Positions 25,101 to 38,039 of a stretch of 64,000 bases of DNA are shown piece by piece (the stretch's first letter is position 1; each line of letters opens with the position of its first letter). Below the pieces are notes generated by a model, which was not told the DNA's origin, did no database searches, and saw nothing but the letters and a program-made list of their open reading frames with translations. Origin of the DNA: Gnetum montanum (lineage: Eukaryota; Plantae; Gnetophyta); NCBI GenBank assembly GCA_015680685.1, contig MNCI01000627.1:532625-596624 (forward strand), given 5' to 3'. The position numbers and the translations under genes were made by a program.

Positions 25101-25747
25101 GGCATTTTTGGACCTTGAAACATTTTTGAAGGTTTTATTGGAAACCTTTACCAAGCCCATATCATGTGACTTTTGTCTCTAAACCTTTATGCTCTATGAA
25201 GAGGAAAATATCATAACCTTTCTTATTTGAGGGGTTCTGACTTCTCCATTTTGATGCAGAGTGCCCATAGTAGCTATAGAAACACCAGAAGAGAGACGTG
25301 GGAAGAAAGGTGGATCAATTTTGTACAAGATGGACCCTCTAAACTTAGAGAATAATTTATGTATATTTTGTATTGTTGTAAAATGGAAGATTATACACGT
25401 TTTGGATATTTGACTCATGTACCTGTTTTTGTGAATAAATAATAAAGTATGATAGAGTGAAACTGTCATATGTGTTGTTGGGACTGTGAAATTGCAAGGA
25501 GCATTTTTCATTTTGGTGTGAGCTATATGTTCAAAATTTTTTAATATTATTCATTATATATTAACATTTTATTTAATTATTATTTTTAATTTTTATCAAT
25601 TAATTAGTAAACTTTAAACTTGAATATCGTTATTTCTAAATGTCCAATTTTAGCAAAACAAGTGTCGTTGGGATTGTTATTTTGTGTACTATTTAATAAT
25701 GCAATTAGTAAAATTTTTCAACATCTACAATTTTGTGGTTGTGTAAA

Positions 25748-26563
25748 TGATGAGTGGCGAGGTACCCCTACACTCAACCATATGAATACAAGCATTTCAC
25801 ACATGATCGAGTCAAACTCTGCAGATGGGCTAGTTGTAGTATCTAGATAGTTACTCGTTGATTGCAGTTCGCTATCTTCCCACCTAGACTAGTATTTTCT
25901 TTGTCACGCATGGTTTAGTCCATAGTGAGGTGTATGATGTGGTTTCTAACCTAGTGCTACTCCTCGAGGCAATGGAAAATAACTTTAATTATGCTAGGAG
26001 GAAAAGGGAGAGAGAATCTAAGCTAGCCTAAGTGCGATGAGCATCTGTTCCTTAATCATTCATATGCATCTTGGACCTCGTGCACAACTACTACTAGGAT
26101 TACCAAGCGCATGTCCTAGGTACGCTATTGGGATACCAAGTAGTCACACTTGAATGCTCATGATTAAGTCATACTCATTCTATGTTTAAGGAGTTTAAGG
26201 TGAAGAGATATTAACTACAAAAGCAATCAATAACAATAACAATTAAATAATTAAACTAAGTGAATGTTGCAATGATGAAGTAATCTCGATCTTTATTTTC
26301 GGTCATGTGCATGTCCAAGTACATCACACTTGAATAAAGGTGTCATATAATTACAATCATCACACTACGGGTATGCACTGGGGAAAAAGGTTGAGAAAGA
26401 TTAAAAATGAAAACCAACCTACTTTCGTCTTGCACCTAAGGTATATTTATAGGCCTGCATAGGAGCCACAATATCACGTAGACGAGATTGAGAGCTAGGC
26501 CATGATATCGCGTATGCGATATCATAGGCGCAATATTGTGACCTAATGAATCACAATTCATCA
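25748..26563 (-). repeat. 3' LTR
   Basis: TGATGAG...TTCATCA with adjacent PPT. Confidence 0.93.
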
Positions 26564-26723
26564 TACCCCAATGACTGAATGAAAACTCGTCCTCGAGTTA
26601 AACAAAAAGAGAACAAGCCCCAATGATTACATAGTGGATAGGCATGGGATTATTAATTGACTAGGGATTTATTCATGGTGTAATGGAGAACTCAATAAAA
26701 CAAAATTGGGAAACAACACAAAA

Positions 26724-29554
26724 TTACAAAATTGCAAAATTGTAAAATTTATTTGGCTCATGTGGTTCCAGGTGGAAGTGGCTCCTCCATGGGTCACTTC
26801 CCCTTGTCCTATGCTCTAGGTTTTGGAATTTGATGACTTTGAAGTAGTGCCTAGAGCTTTTCCTCTTTTGTTCGGGGATGCTATGTTGTCCATGCTTGAT
26901 GCTCCAATGTTTGATGGAGTTGGCACCTCCCATGGACATCGTAGTTGAGAGAACATCTTATTTGCTTTGATGTACCAAGTTGCAAACAACCATCGTTCCT
27001 CCTCGTAGGCTCTGGCTTTATCCCTGTACTCTTGAAAATCCATAAGTCGTCAAGCCAAGTCTACTACGACATCTCTCTAGCCTTGGTAGCTAGTCTTAGC
27101 CACCTCTAGTTCAGAATTTTTGACTTCTAGCTTTTGCAACGTTTTCTTGTGCTTCGCAAATTCTGCTTCATATTTGGTGTAGGTGGTAGCTACCTGCTTC
27201 TCAAGCTCTGTTCTCGAGCATCCTGCTGTCAGCATAGCTAGATTGGCATACTATAGGTTTACCAATTCCATGTACTCTGTGAGGTCTTGAATCTATAGGT
27301 CCCATCTTTTAAGCTCTGCCTAGTGGGCAAATGCATATGTGTCCAATATGGCTCGCCAATCAATGTGTTGAGCACTGAAAGTGTTGATGTGGGCCTTGGC
27401 CATATGGATCTCCTTTTCTATGACTTACTTGTACATTCCCACTTGGTCTCTGAAGTGCTCCTTTAACTTTTTATGCTGTTTGGCTTCATTTTGCCACATG
27501 TTTATTTCAATGGCCATCTTCTAACGAATCACACGTACCTCCTCCGTTGAGAGAGTTTGATTATCTTTGGCCAAACAGTTCATGTCTTGGTTGACCCTGA
27601 CCAACTATTCTCATAATTGCTAAAATTTTTCCTCGAGAACATTCTTCTGTTTCTCCATAGTGATCAACCAAAGATTGCCAGTAGCAAGCTGTTTATTTTC
27701 CTCCTGTAAGGCTCTGAGTGTCTTGGCATGCGTGTAGGTTTGCGCTTGTGCCTTGGAGGCATTCTAGTCGGCCTTCTCTTTCTCCTCTACCACTCTTTTA
27801 TTGTCCACCAATAGTTTATTAAGTTGCTCTATCCTGAAAGTATCCAGCTAGTCTGTAGGAACAAACCGAGATGGGTCCCGCTGTGCAACTTGCAGGGTGA
27901 CAAGCCTCTCCTGGAGTCTTGTCAACTCTGCTTCCACATGCTTAGCCCTGATCTCTGCCATGACCAGCTTTCCTTTAGTGGAGATGAGGTCTGATTGTGC
28001 TGTTGTGACATTCTTGGGAAATGTCAAACAAGGATGTCATTACTTTTCTTATTTGCAACAATCGATCAAGGACATCCTCATGCTCTACAGGAGTCATTGA
28101 GGGACCAGCTAGGGTTTGAGCATCTCGTGCTTCTGTAAAATCTACCAATGGCATAACAGGAACATTGAGAGATTCTTTGATGTGGTCTGTGACCACTTAT
28201 GCGGCTCCTGCTGCATCCTAGTGCTGCATGACCACCACTGTGACCCCTTCACCTATTTCCAATTACACCTGGAAAGATGCAACATTCCTTGAAATATTTT
28301 GTGACCAATGAGTCTCCCCTCCTCCTGTTTGGATGGACACCTCACCCCATGCATGATTAATAGAAACTATGGATCGTACAGTGTCGTTGATGATGCGGAA
28401 GAGATTAGCATCATCACGACTTCCCCAATTGACTATCTCAGTGATGGCCCTGAGGTGGCTCATTAACGATCGGTAATCCTGTGGTGGTGGCAGTTGATCT
28501 TGCTGGCTTGTGTTGGGCCCTACTTCTTATTATTGACTAGGCCTCATGCTTGGAAGTTGGCTAGGATCTGTAGTTTAAGTGGCAGTGGGCCTTGCCATCT
28601 ATTCTTGCTCTTGCTCATGCTCTAGTGTCTCACCAACACTTTTCTTTGAAGCTGGTGGCTTTAGCAGTTTAGCGAACGAAGCATTCTGGGCTCTTTTGAG
28701 GATGTCATTGGTGTACCCAGAATACAAGCACGTTTGCATAGCTTCCTGATGAGACAAGGGAAGGGCAACATGAACTTCCCTGTCTTGCATTCTTCAAAAT
28801 GCTTCAAGATCTCCATGAGATATAGATGAGGAAGGTTAGCATTAGCCTTTCCCATCAATATCGCACTTTCTCTTGTCGCATATGTTGAGATTTTTTTTAA
28901 TCCTCTTGTGGGAAAGCTGTGATAAGCGCCAATCTTGAAGTATATCCTTTCTTCTAGCATTAACTCTTCATATTTCTTATCTTCTTTGTCGTACATCCTA
29001 TCCAACCAAACCCTTCACACATCAGCATCAGAGTGAGTGGACAGGTGAGCAATTTTTGGCCCTATATTCAGAAGGTTCAACACTTTCAAGATGGCCTTGG
29101 CGAAAAAATCTATAGACACACCGTAAATGTTGACTATGGTGCCTTCTTCCTTATTGTGCCAAAATTGGTACATTTCTCTTAAGTACTAGGCACCACTTTC
29201 AGAGAGGATAGCCTATAATGGAGACCCTTTGAGTTGGTCCCTAACAACCTTAGGAGTGAATTTCGTGAAAGGTTTGAAGTTCAATTCCACAATCACTACA
29301 ACCAACGTGGACTTTTCACGGATGGCCTGAACACACTTCGGGGGTAACGTGAGTTGTTGTCCCTATTTAGGTGTTGTAGCAGCTCCTCCTTTTGCCTATC
29401 CCGATAGTATAGTAGCAGGAGTCTCTTGATAGATGCTAAATGATTGCACCTCTTGCTCTGTACGTTGTTTGGAAGATGCTTATCCTATGCCTCTCTTGGG
29501 TCGCTTAGACACACCTTGAGAGGGTCCTTTTTATTGTTCATGCTTTGGGGCCAT
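26724..29554 (-). pseudogene. decayed Athila-type accessory ORF (copy B)
   Basis: TGATTGTAG|ATG GCC CCA AAG start; fragment 28661-29005 contains FMLPFPCLIRKLCKRA. Confidence 0.75.
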
Positions 29555-30050
29555 CTACAATCACACGAGGTCACTCATTAGTAAGGTTGCTTACCAAAAT
29601 TAAGTTATACCTTACTTCTTGTCTTAATGAATTCATCTCTTATTTTGTGTCATTTAAAGTTAGAAATTTTTTATGAAAATATCCCCAAAATGTTTTAATA
29701 TTTGGCCCTCTTTGATTAGGTGGCTTTACAATTTTAATTTTCTGATATAAGTGAGGAGATGAAGTTGTTTTTGGCACATATTTATCATTTTTTTTAATTA
29801 ATTACCCTTGATAGTGTCCTTTGTGTGATGACGAATTTCGAAAAATTTGTGCATGATTCAAAGTATACCCCTCACGACTAAGCTGAACACTCCAGGTTTA
29901 GATAGGTTTGAGTAGAATGAAAATCGGAGCATTAGCGAGCGAGTTATGGCTGTTGGAACAAGAGATATGCAAGTCACAAGTCGTAGAAGAAAATTTGAAA
30001 AACTTCCCCATGTGAATAGTTGCAAATGATGTTGACATTCCTAGGGGGGC

Positions 30051-30102
30051 TATATTTATAGTTTTTGGGGGATGCAATATCGTGTCGGACGTAATATCGT
30101 GT
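30051..30102 (-). promoter_or_regulatory. putative internal promoter (copy B)
   Basis: TATATTTATA followed by CAATATCG and TAATATCG. Confidence 0.55.
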
Positions 30103-31342
30103 CCTGTTTAAAGTAGGGTACTTAGAAAAATGGATAAATTTTTGAAATTCCTAACTCAAAAATGAAGGACTTGAAGTTGATGTAAAGGGTCTAGGGTAAT
30201 ATTGAGCAGGCGTGAAGGCACAAAAAGGATAATAAGGGAAAGAAGAATGTTGGCAGTACAATACTCGAAGGATGTAAAATGATGTGAGGGTAATGTGGGA
30301 CAAGTGTAAATTACAAAAGTCACGCAAGTGGGTCCTCCCTAAATCATGTTCTAACCTAGAATGCCCTTGCATAACCACACCTTAAAATATCCATAGGCAC
30401 TAGAAGGGTTAAAAGTAATCCACACCAGTTCCACAAAACACACACATGTAGATACCACAATGATGAGGTATGAATTCAATGCTACACAAGACATGAGTCA
30501 CAAATTCATGAACAATGAGATGAGGTGAATTGTAGAAGGGGTTGTAGAGATTAGGACATGAGGTAACTGACTCAGGGCATAATGAATCCTTAGTGTAAGG
30601 CATGATTAATGTGTCATTAACCTGTCGCTCAAAATCAGGACCAAGTCCATTCCTCTGATCAATGACATTGCATTGTTTTATCCCAATGATAGACAACAAT
30701 AAGAGCATCATGATGGCAAGGCGTATGATCACTTGATTTTTTGTACAAGGGAGAAGTGATTTTGCTTTGTGGCACTCTTCTTCTTTCTCTTTTTTTTTTC
30801 TCTTTATCTTTTTTTTTGATGCATAATCTAGAGAAGCCGCCTACCTTCAGGCATGGATGCATGTCTTTTCAGTGGGACCCCCTAGAATGACATTGAGTTT
30901 TCTTGATTGAGTGCCTTTTGATTACTCTTACTCCCATTTTTCATTAGATCTACAAGGATCTTAGTAAAACCAAGCTGCATGATAACTCCTACAAATGTCA
31001 CCAAAGAGAATCCATAAGTCCCCTTGATGTCACACCCTAGCCATTCTCGCTTAGTCCATCCTTCTTTGCTTTGGGTATAATAAACACAAGGTTACTTTAA
31101 GTTTTAATGATTAGGAATATCATTGTACTCAGGGTAGAACCTCTTATTAATGGAATGGGTGGGTGGATGTTGTGGGCTTGCTATCCAAATAATTAGTCAC
31201 CTGAGACTTGATAACATAGAACAACACCTCAACCAACGACTCACATGAGTGTTTTATTCGTAGATGAGATTACTCATAAAAAGAAAAAAAGAAAAAACAA
31301 TAAATTGAAAGATGAAAAATTGAAAAACAAAAAATTGTAAAA

Positions 31343-33236
31343 TTAAAGAAGAGAAAAACATTTATTAATTCTGCTATTGTTAGAATGGAGGTTACCCCAA
31401 TAGCTAAATGGTTGAGCATGGCTAGAATTAATAAATGGAAGGTTTGGATCCAAGCATTTTGGAAATATTGGAGTTTGGTCATATCCAAACCACTGGGTGT
31501 CTTTTGAGGTGGTGGTAGGAATATACCCAAATTGGGGTTCACACACTTGATTGTAGTAGGCATAGTCGGGTAGATTGTAAGATGTGGTCATGTGATAAGG
31601 AGTTGACCCACTATGGCACTCGTGACTGTAAGATGGTATGCAAGGATCGACATGTCTCCCCATGTGGCTATATTCATTGGACTGCATCGTTGTTGGAGTA
31701 TTGATTGGTGGCCCTGAAAAGGTAACATCAGGCATTGGATTCAAAAAGGAAGATGCACCACAGTGTTGGACTTGTGATAGGTTGGCGGATGCAGTGGTTT
31801 CTAAACTGTGGTATCCCTTTCTACTTTCATGTCTAAATAAGGGATGCCTATGATGTTGTGGAAGATTCCCACTATTGTTGATAGTAGAAGCACAAGTAAT
31901 GTTCCTAGGTTGATGCTATGGTGCAAAACCTTCTGGAACAACTAGTGGTGATGTAAAAGGAGGTGAAGGATGAGAATATTGTTGTTGAGGAAAAGTGTAA
32001 GGTACATGAGGTGGCAACCTTGGTGAAGAGGGTATGAGTGGATAGTATTTTAGAGAATGATAACAGTGAGGTGAAGTAGAGGATGATGATTCGATTGGAG
32101 AAACAGGGTGTTGAACATAGTAGGCATTTGGCGTTGGGACATACAAAGGATATGGTCGGGTTGGTGATGGCTTCCCCCATGACTAGGGCTTTTACCATTG
32201 TGGTTGAACCTGATTTTTCTGTACAAAATCTGGATGTAACATTCCTCCCCAATGCTCGTGTAAAAGTGACAAAACTGGGCATTAGCCTTTGGGGTGATCG
32301 TACAGATAGACGTTACATTGATATGTGAAGTTGGCAGTTGAGTTCTTATTCTTATTATCTTCTATCCTTTGTTTTGATTATTGCATGGTGTCCTATCCTA
32401 TTTCTTGATTTGGCATAGTTGTGCCTCTACTATTGTTAGCATATTCTCCATATTTTACGTGCACCCACTCCATCATCTAATTGATCTTTGTCTCAATTTC
32501 ATCTAGTGATTGTAGTATTGGCAAAGATGATTCCACCTCCTTAAGGTGAGTTAATTTCTTCTTTTTATGGTTATGGACCTTTGCTAACTTGAGATTTTTG
32601 TCTTATTGAGAGCTTTCAACATTCTCCCATTTAGCCATTTCTCCTTCTTCTTTTTCTACCCACTTAATAAGCTCTTGGAGTTGATGGGTTTGTAGCTCAT
32701 ATAGTTACCTTGGGCATACATCCCTAGGGTCTCCCTTGTTTCATTACAGAGCCCATCTATGATATGGTACATTAGCCTCTCCTCAAAGAACCCATGGCCT
32801 AGGTAGTTGTTTAACAATGCATAATATCTTTCTAAGGCCATGTCCAAGGGTTCATGTTGCTCTTGATTCCATTCTTGGATTTGTCTCCTCAAGGCCGACA
32901 CTCTAGCATAGGTTAGATATCGTTCAGTAAAGAGTTCTACCATTGTTGGCCAACTACAGATTGATTTTGGTTTTAACGATCTATACCACACTTTTGCTTG
33001 GCCAACGAGTGTCATGGGAAAGAGCTTAAGTTTTTGCCACCCATGATCAATATTATTCCATACACAGGCATCATAGAAGGCTTGTATATGTTGTTGCAGA
33101 TCTGAATCATAGCCTCCTGCAAACTTGGGAAAGTTATTTAAGTCAAGCCTGGGTAGACGGCTTTCCTTGTAATGCCTACGGGATATTTCAATGACCTCTT
33201 ATATAGGCATTAGGCTCTTAGTGGCCAACAAGGGTC
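31343..33236 (-). pseudogene. gag: gag remnant (retrotransposon gag domain plus Pro/Tyr-rich tail), C-terminal part
   Basis: KLKLFPMTLVGQAKVWYRSLKPKSICSWPTMVELFTERY..QEQHEPL..A.ERY is a Retrotrans_gag signature. Confidence 0.85.
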
Positions 33237-35953
33237 TAAAATTTCTAGATTTCAAAATTTTTTAAGAGCATAAAATTTTTGAAGAGATCTTGTGTGTTAA
33301 GGAAAAGAACGGGGAGGCTGAGAGAAATACTGAAGAAACTGTAAAACAGAAAAACTATTAGATAGAGAGTAATAGAAAGCTCAAAGAATTGCACAACATC
33401 TATTGTAACACAAAAAATTTTTGGGGACTTGCACCCCTCATCAATGTGTTTAGGCAATGCGGCTAGGCAATCAAAGCTGCAAAGGCAAGGGAATGAGCAT
33501 GCCAGTACATGTATAAATAGGGTCCCAACTTCTAAAATTAGAAACTCCCGGTTATTGAAATTAGAGCGAGCCCCATTCGTCATAGGCGAGATGGGGGTGG
33601 GACGATGTATTGACAAAACTATTACAGAACAGTATTTCAAAGGCGAACATGAAACATTCAACAAATCAGATGTTTTTGGCAGATTCGAAGGGTGTTTAGG
33701 GTTTAGGAGAACCCTCATGTTTGAATGGTGGACTTAAAATTTTATTAGTGACCTCGTGCAGCTAGGCAAGGAATAGTAAAGCAGTAGAAAGATTAAAATC
33801 TAAACCTGAAAAAAATTGAAAGAACTCATCAAAGCATTACATTCACACAAAACGTTTTCGGGAAGTTTCACCCCTCATCAGTGTGGATTTGGTAATGCGG
33901 CTGAGCAGCTGAAGCTACAAAGACAAGGGATGAGCATGCCAGTATGAAACAATATATAATCTCCCATCCTAAAGAAAATAGGAGATAATAACAACCCACT
34001 TAAAAATAAGGGGGCCCCACTCATGCTGGCTGAATGGGGGTGGGAGAAGGTACTAGCAATTTGAAAATTAGCTTTTCAGAGTGATCTGTCAAAGTCAACA
34101 AGGGTCAAATCTTTTAGCAAAGCTGAAAAAGTGTAGGGTTTAGGAATGCCCTCATGTTTAATCAAATGGGCATGAGGGGTCCAACCATACAAACAAAGAC
34201 TATTAAGATCGCAAGCCCACATTAACAGCAAAAAAAAGAGAAGGGGGGAGGGGGGAGAAGAGGGGGAAAAGGGAAAAATAAAGGGGGAATCCATGTAAAA
34301 TAGCAGCAATGACGAAGGAAGTGGAAGCAGCTGCAAAAAGCGATAGCGGCGACGGCTACACAGCGGCGACGATTGCACGGTGATGTCACTGTAAGCGTGG
34401 CTACGGCGGTAGTGGCGGCAATGAGGCAACGACAGTGGCAACGACAAACACAGCAAAGGTGGTAGAAACCAAACGTAAAGCAACTGAAATGGCATCTGAA
34501 AAAAGAGGAAACAAAGAGTTGTAATGGTGCAGATGCTGCAGAGGCACTTGTTGTAAACAAATCACAACTAGAGCGGAAGAGATCAGCGAGATGCCGGGCA
34601 ATTTCCCAAGGCACAGTGCTAAAAAAGTAGCCTCTTGCCGTGGTTCACTGAATCCAGCAATGCAATCAATCGTGATGAACTTGCAAAGGAGAACTAACAA
34701 AAAAGAAGAAGATGAAAATGGCAAGACTCCATGAATAGTAGCAATTGGGTTGCTAGTACGCAGAGAACAACCTTACCTAGGCAGCGAGATAGAAAAAGTT
34801 TTTAGGGTAACTTAAAATTTTATTGGTGATCTTCTGCGTCTAGGCAAGGAACGATAAAGTAGCAAAAAGATTAAAACCTGAAAAGATTAAAATCTAAACC
34901 TGAAAAAAAATGAAAGAACTCATCAAAGCATTACATTCACACAAAATTTTTTCAGGGAGTTTCACCCCTCATTAGTGTGGATCTGGTAATGCGATTGAGC
35001 AGTTGAAGCTATAAAGGTAAGGGATGAGCATGCTAGTACGAAACAATTTATAATCTCCCATCTTAAAGAAAATAGGAGATAATAACAACCCACTTAAAAA
35101 TAGGGGGGCCTCACTCGTGCTAGTCGAATGGGGGTGGGAGGAGGTATTGGCAATTTGAAAATCAATTTTTCAGGACGATTTTTCAAAGTCAACAAGGGTT
35201 GGATCTTTTGGCAGAGCCGACAAAATGTAGGGTTTAGAAATGCCCTCATGCTTAATCAAATGGACATGAGGGGTCCAACCATACAAACAAAGACAGACAA
35301 GATCACAGGCGCACATTAACAGTAAAAAGGGGGGGGGGGGGAAGAAGGGGGGGAAAGGGGGGAAAAGGGAAAAACAAAGTGGGAATCCATGTAAAATAGC
35401 AGCAACAACGAAGGAAGCGGCAATAATAGGAATGCCAAAAAATAGTATCCAACACTTGATTTAAAAATGCTACAAAACGTGGAAGTAGCGGCAGTTGCGC
35501 GGTAGCATCAATGTAAGCATGGTGGCAGCGATAGCGGCGGCAATGAGGTAGCGGCAGCGGCAGCGGCAGCGGCGACGGTAAACGCAGCAAAGGTGGCAGC
35601 AACCAAACGTAAAGCAACTGAAATGGAATTTGAAAAAGGGAAAACAAAGAGTTGTAATGGCGCAGATGCTGCAGAGGCACTGGTTGTAAAAAAATCACAA
35701 CCAGAGTGAAAGAGATTAGCGAGACGCCAGGCGATTTCCCAAGGCACGGTGCTAAAAAAGTAGCCTCTTGCCATGGTTCATTGAATCCAGCAATGTGATC
35801 AACTGTGATGAACATGCAATGGTGCTAAAAATGCCCCTTTCCCCCCCTTCTCCCCTCCCCCTTTTTTTGCTATTAATGTGCACCTGCGATCTTGTCTAAC
35901 TTTATTTATATGGTTGGATCCCTCATGTCCACTTGATTAAACATGAGGGCATT

Positions 35954-35985
35954 CCTAAACCCTAAACCTTAAACCCTAAACCCTA
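35954..35985. repeat. short interstitial Arabidopsis-type telomeric repeat tract, (CCCTAAA) x ~4
   Basis: CCTAAACCCTAAACCTTAAACCCTAAACCCTA. Confidence 0.85.
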
Positions 35986-37170
35986 CACTTTGTCGGCTCT
36001 GCCAAAAGATCCGACCCTTGTTGACTTTGATAGATCGCCCTGAAAAACTGATTTTCAAATTGCCAATACCTCCTCCCACCCCCATTCAGCTAGCACAAGT
36101 GGGGCCCCCTATTTTTAAGTGGGTTGTTATTATCTCCTATTTTCTTTAAGATGGGAGATTATAAATTATTTCGTACTGGCATGCTCATCCCTTGCCTTTG
36201 CAGCTTCGGCTACTCAGCCGCATTACCAGATCCACACTGATGAGGGGTGAAACTCCCCAAAAATGTTTTGTGTGAATGTAATGCTTTGATGAGTTCTTTT
36301 AGTTTTTTTTCAGGTTTAGATTTTAATCTTTTCAGGTTTTAATCTTTCTACTGCTTTACCGTTCCTTGCCTAGCCGCACGAGATCACCAATAAAATTTTA
36401 AGTTATCCTAAATTTTTTTTTCTATCTCACTGCCTGGGTAAGGTTGTTTTCTACATACCAGCAACCCAATTGTTGCTATTCATGGAGTCTTACAATTTTC
36501 ATCTTCTTGTTTTTTGTTAGTTCTCCTTTGCAGGTTCATCACGGTTGATCGCATTGCTGGATTTAGCAAACCACGGCAAGAGGCTACTTTTCTAGCACCG
36601 TGCCTTGGGAAATCGCCTGGCGTCTCACTGATCTCTTCCGCTCTAGTTGTGATTTCTTTACAACCAGTGCCTTTGCAGCATCTGTGCCATTACAGCTCTT
36701 TGTTTCCCCTTTTTCAGATTTCATTTCAGTTGCTTTACGTTTGGTTGCTGCCACCTTTGCTGCGTTTGCCACGACCGTTGCCGTTGCCTCATTGTTGTCA
36801 CTCTTACATTGATGTCGCCGTGCAATTGTCGTCGCTTTTTGCAGCTGCTGCTGCTTCCTTCGTTGTTGCTACTATTTTACATGGATTCCCCCTTTGTTTT
36901 TCCCATTTCCCCGCTTTTCCCCTCCTTCTCTCCTCCCCCCCCCCCTTTTTTTGCTATTAATGTGCGCCTACGATCTTGTCTGTCTTTGTTTGTATGGTTG
37001 GACCCCTCATGTCCATTTAATTAAACATGAGGGCATTCCTAAACCCTACACTTTGTCGGCTCTACCAAAAGATTCGACCCTTGTTGACTTTGACAAATCG
37101 CCCTAAAAATTGATTTTCAAATTGCCAGTACCTCCTCCCACCCCCATTTGACAAGCACGAGTGGGGCCCC

Positions 37171-37338
37171 CTATTTTTAAGTGAGTTGTTATTATCCCCT
37201 ATTTTTAAATGGGTTGTTATTATCTCCTATTTTTAAGTGGGTTGTTATTATCCCCTATTTTTAAGTGGGTTGTTATTATCTCCTATTTTTAAATGGGTTG
37301 TTATTATCCCCTATTTTTAAGTGGGTTGTTAGTATCTC
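37171..37338. repeat. 28-bp minisatellite, 6 copies
   Basis: CTATTTTTAA(G/A)TGGGTTGTTATTATC(C/T)C x6; single copy in sister units. Confidence 0.95.
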
Positions 37339-38039
37339 CTATTTTCTTTAAGATGGGAGATTATAAATTGTTTCGTATTAGCATGCTCATCCCTTGCATT
37401 TGCAGCTTCAGTTGCTTAGCCGCATTACCAGATCCACACTGATGAGGGGTGAAACTCCTCGAAAAAGTTTTGTGTGAATGTAATGCTTTGATAAGTTCTT
37501 TCAGTTTTTTTCAAGTTTAGATTTTAATCTTTTCAGGTTTTAATCTTTTTGTTGCTTTATCGTTCCTTGCCTAGCCGCACGAGATCACCATTAAAATTTT
37601 AAGTTACCCTAAAATCTTTTTTCTATCTCACTACTTGGGTAAGGTTGTTCTTTGCATACCAGCAACCCAGTTGTTGTTGTTCATGGAGTCTTGTCATTTT
37701 CATTTTTTGTTTTTGGTTAGTTCTCCTTTGCAGGTTCATCACAGTTGATCATGTTGTTGGATTGCCTAAACACACTGATGAGGGATGCAAGTTCCCGAAA
37801 GTGTTTCATGTCACAACAGACGTTGTGCAATGCTTTGAGCTTTCTATTATTTTCTATCTAACAGTTTTTCTATTTTACAGTTTCTTCAGTATTTCTCTCA
37901 GCCTCCTCATTCTTTTCCTTGACGCACGAGATCTCTTCAAAAATTTTAAGACTCTATTTTCTAAAATTTATAAAATTCCTTTATGCACGAGATCTCTTCA
38001 AAAAAATCTAAAAATTTCTTAAAAATTTCAAAAAATTTC

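Larger units (their letters stand above)
19778..30661. repeat. segmental/tandem duplication, copy B
   Basis: See 1821-10328. Confidence 0.95.
33246..38031. mobile_element. 4.8 kb foldback-like palindromic insertion built from ~1.1-1.2 kb tandem units
   Basis: 33270-33458 is the reverse complement of 37760-37950. Units 33730-34810 and 34810-35815 are inverted relative to 37750-36550 and 36550-35840. It interrupts gag. Confidence 0.8.

Noticed and set aside
35954-35985. true chromosome end or fusion scar
   Set aside because: Only about four repeats, embedded colinearly in a repeat unit.
34076-37106. overlapping 60-170 aa ORFs in the palindrome
   Set aside because: Low-complexity products of GC-rich triplet repeats; frames are not conserved between units.
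37171-37338. 28-bp repeats as a CRISPR array
   Set aside because: No spacers, head-to-tail units, eukaryotic context, no cas genes.
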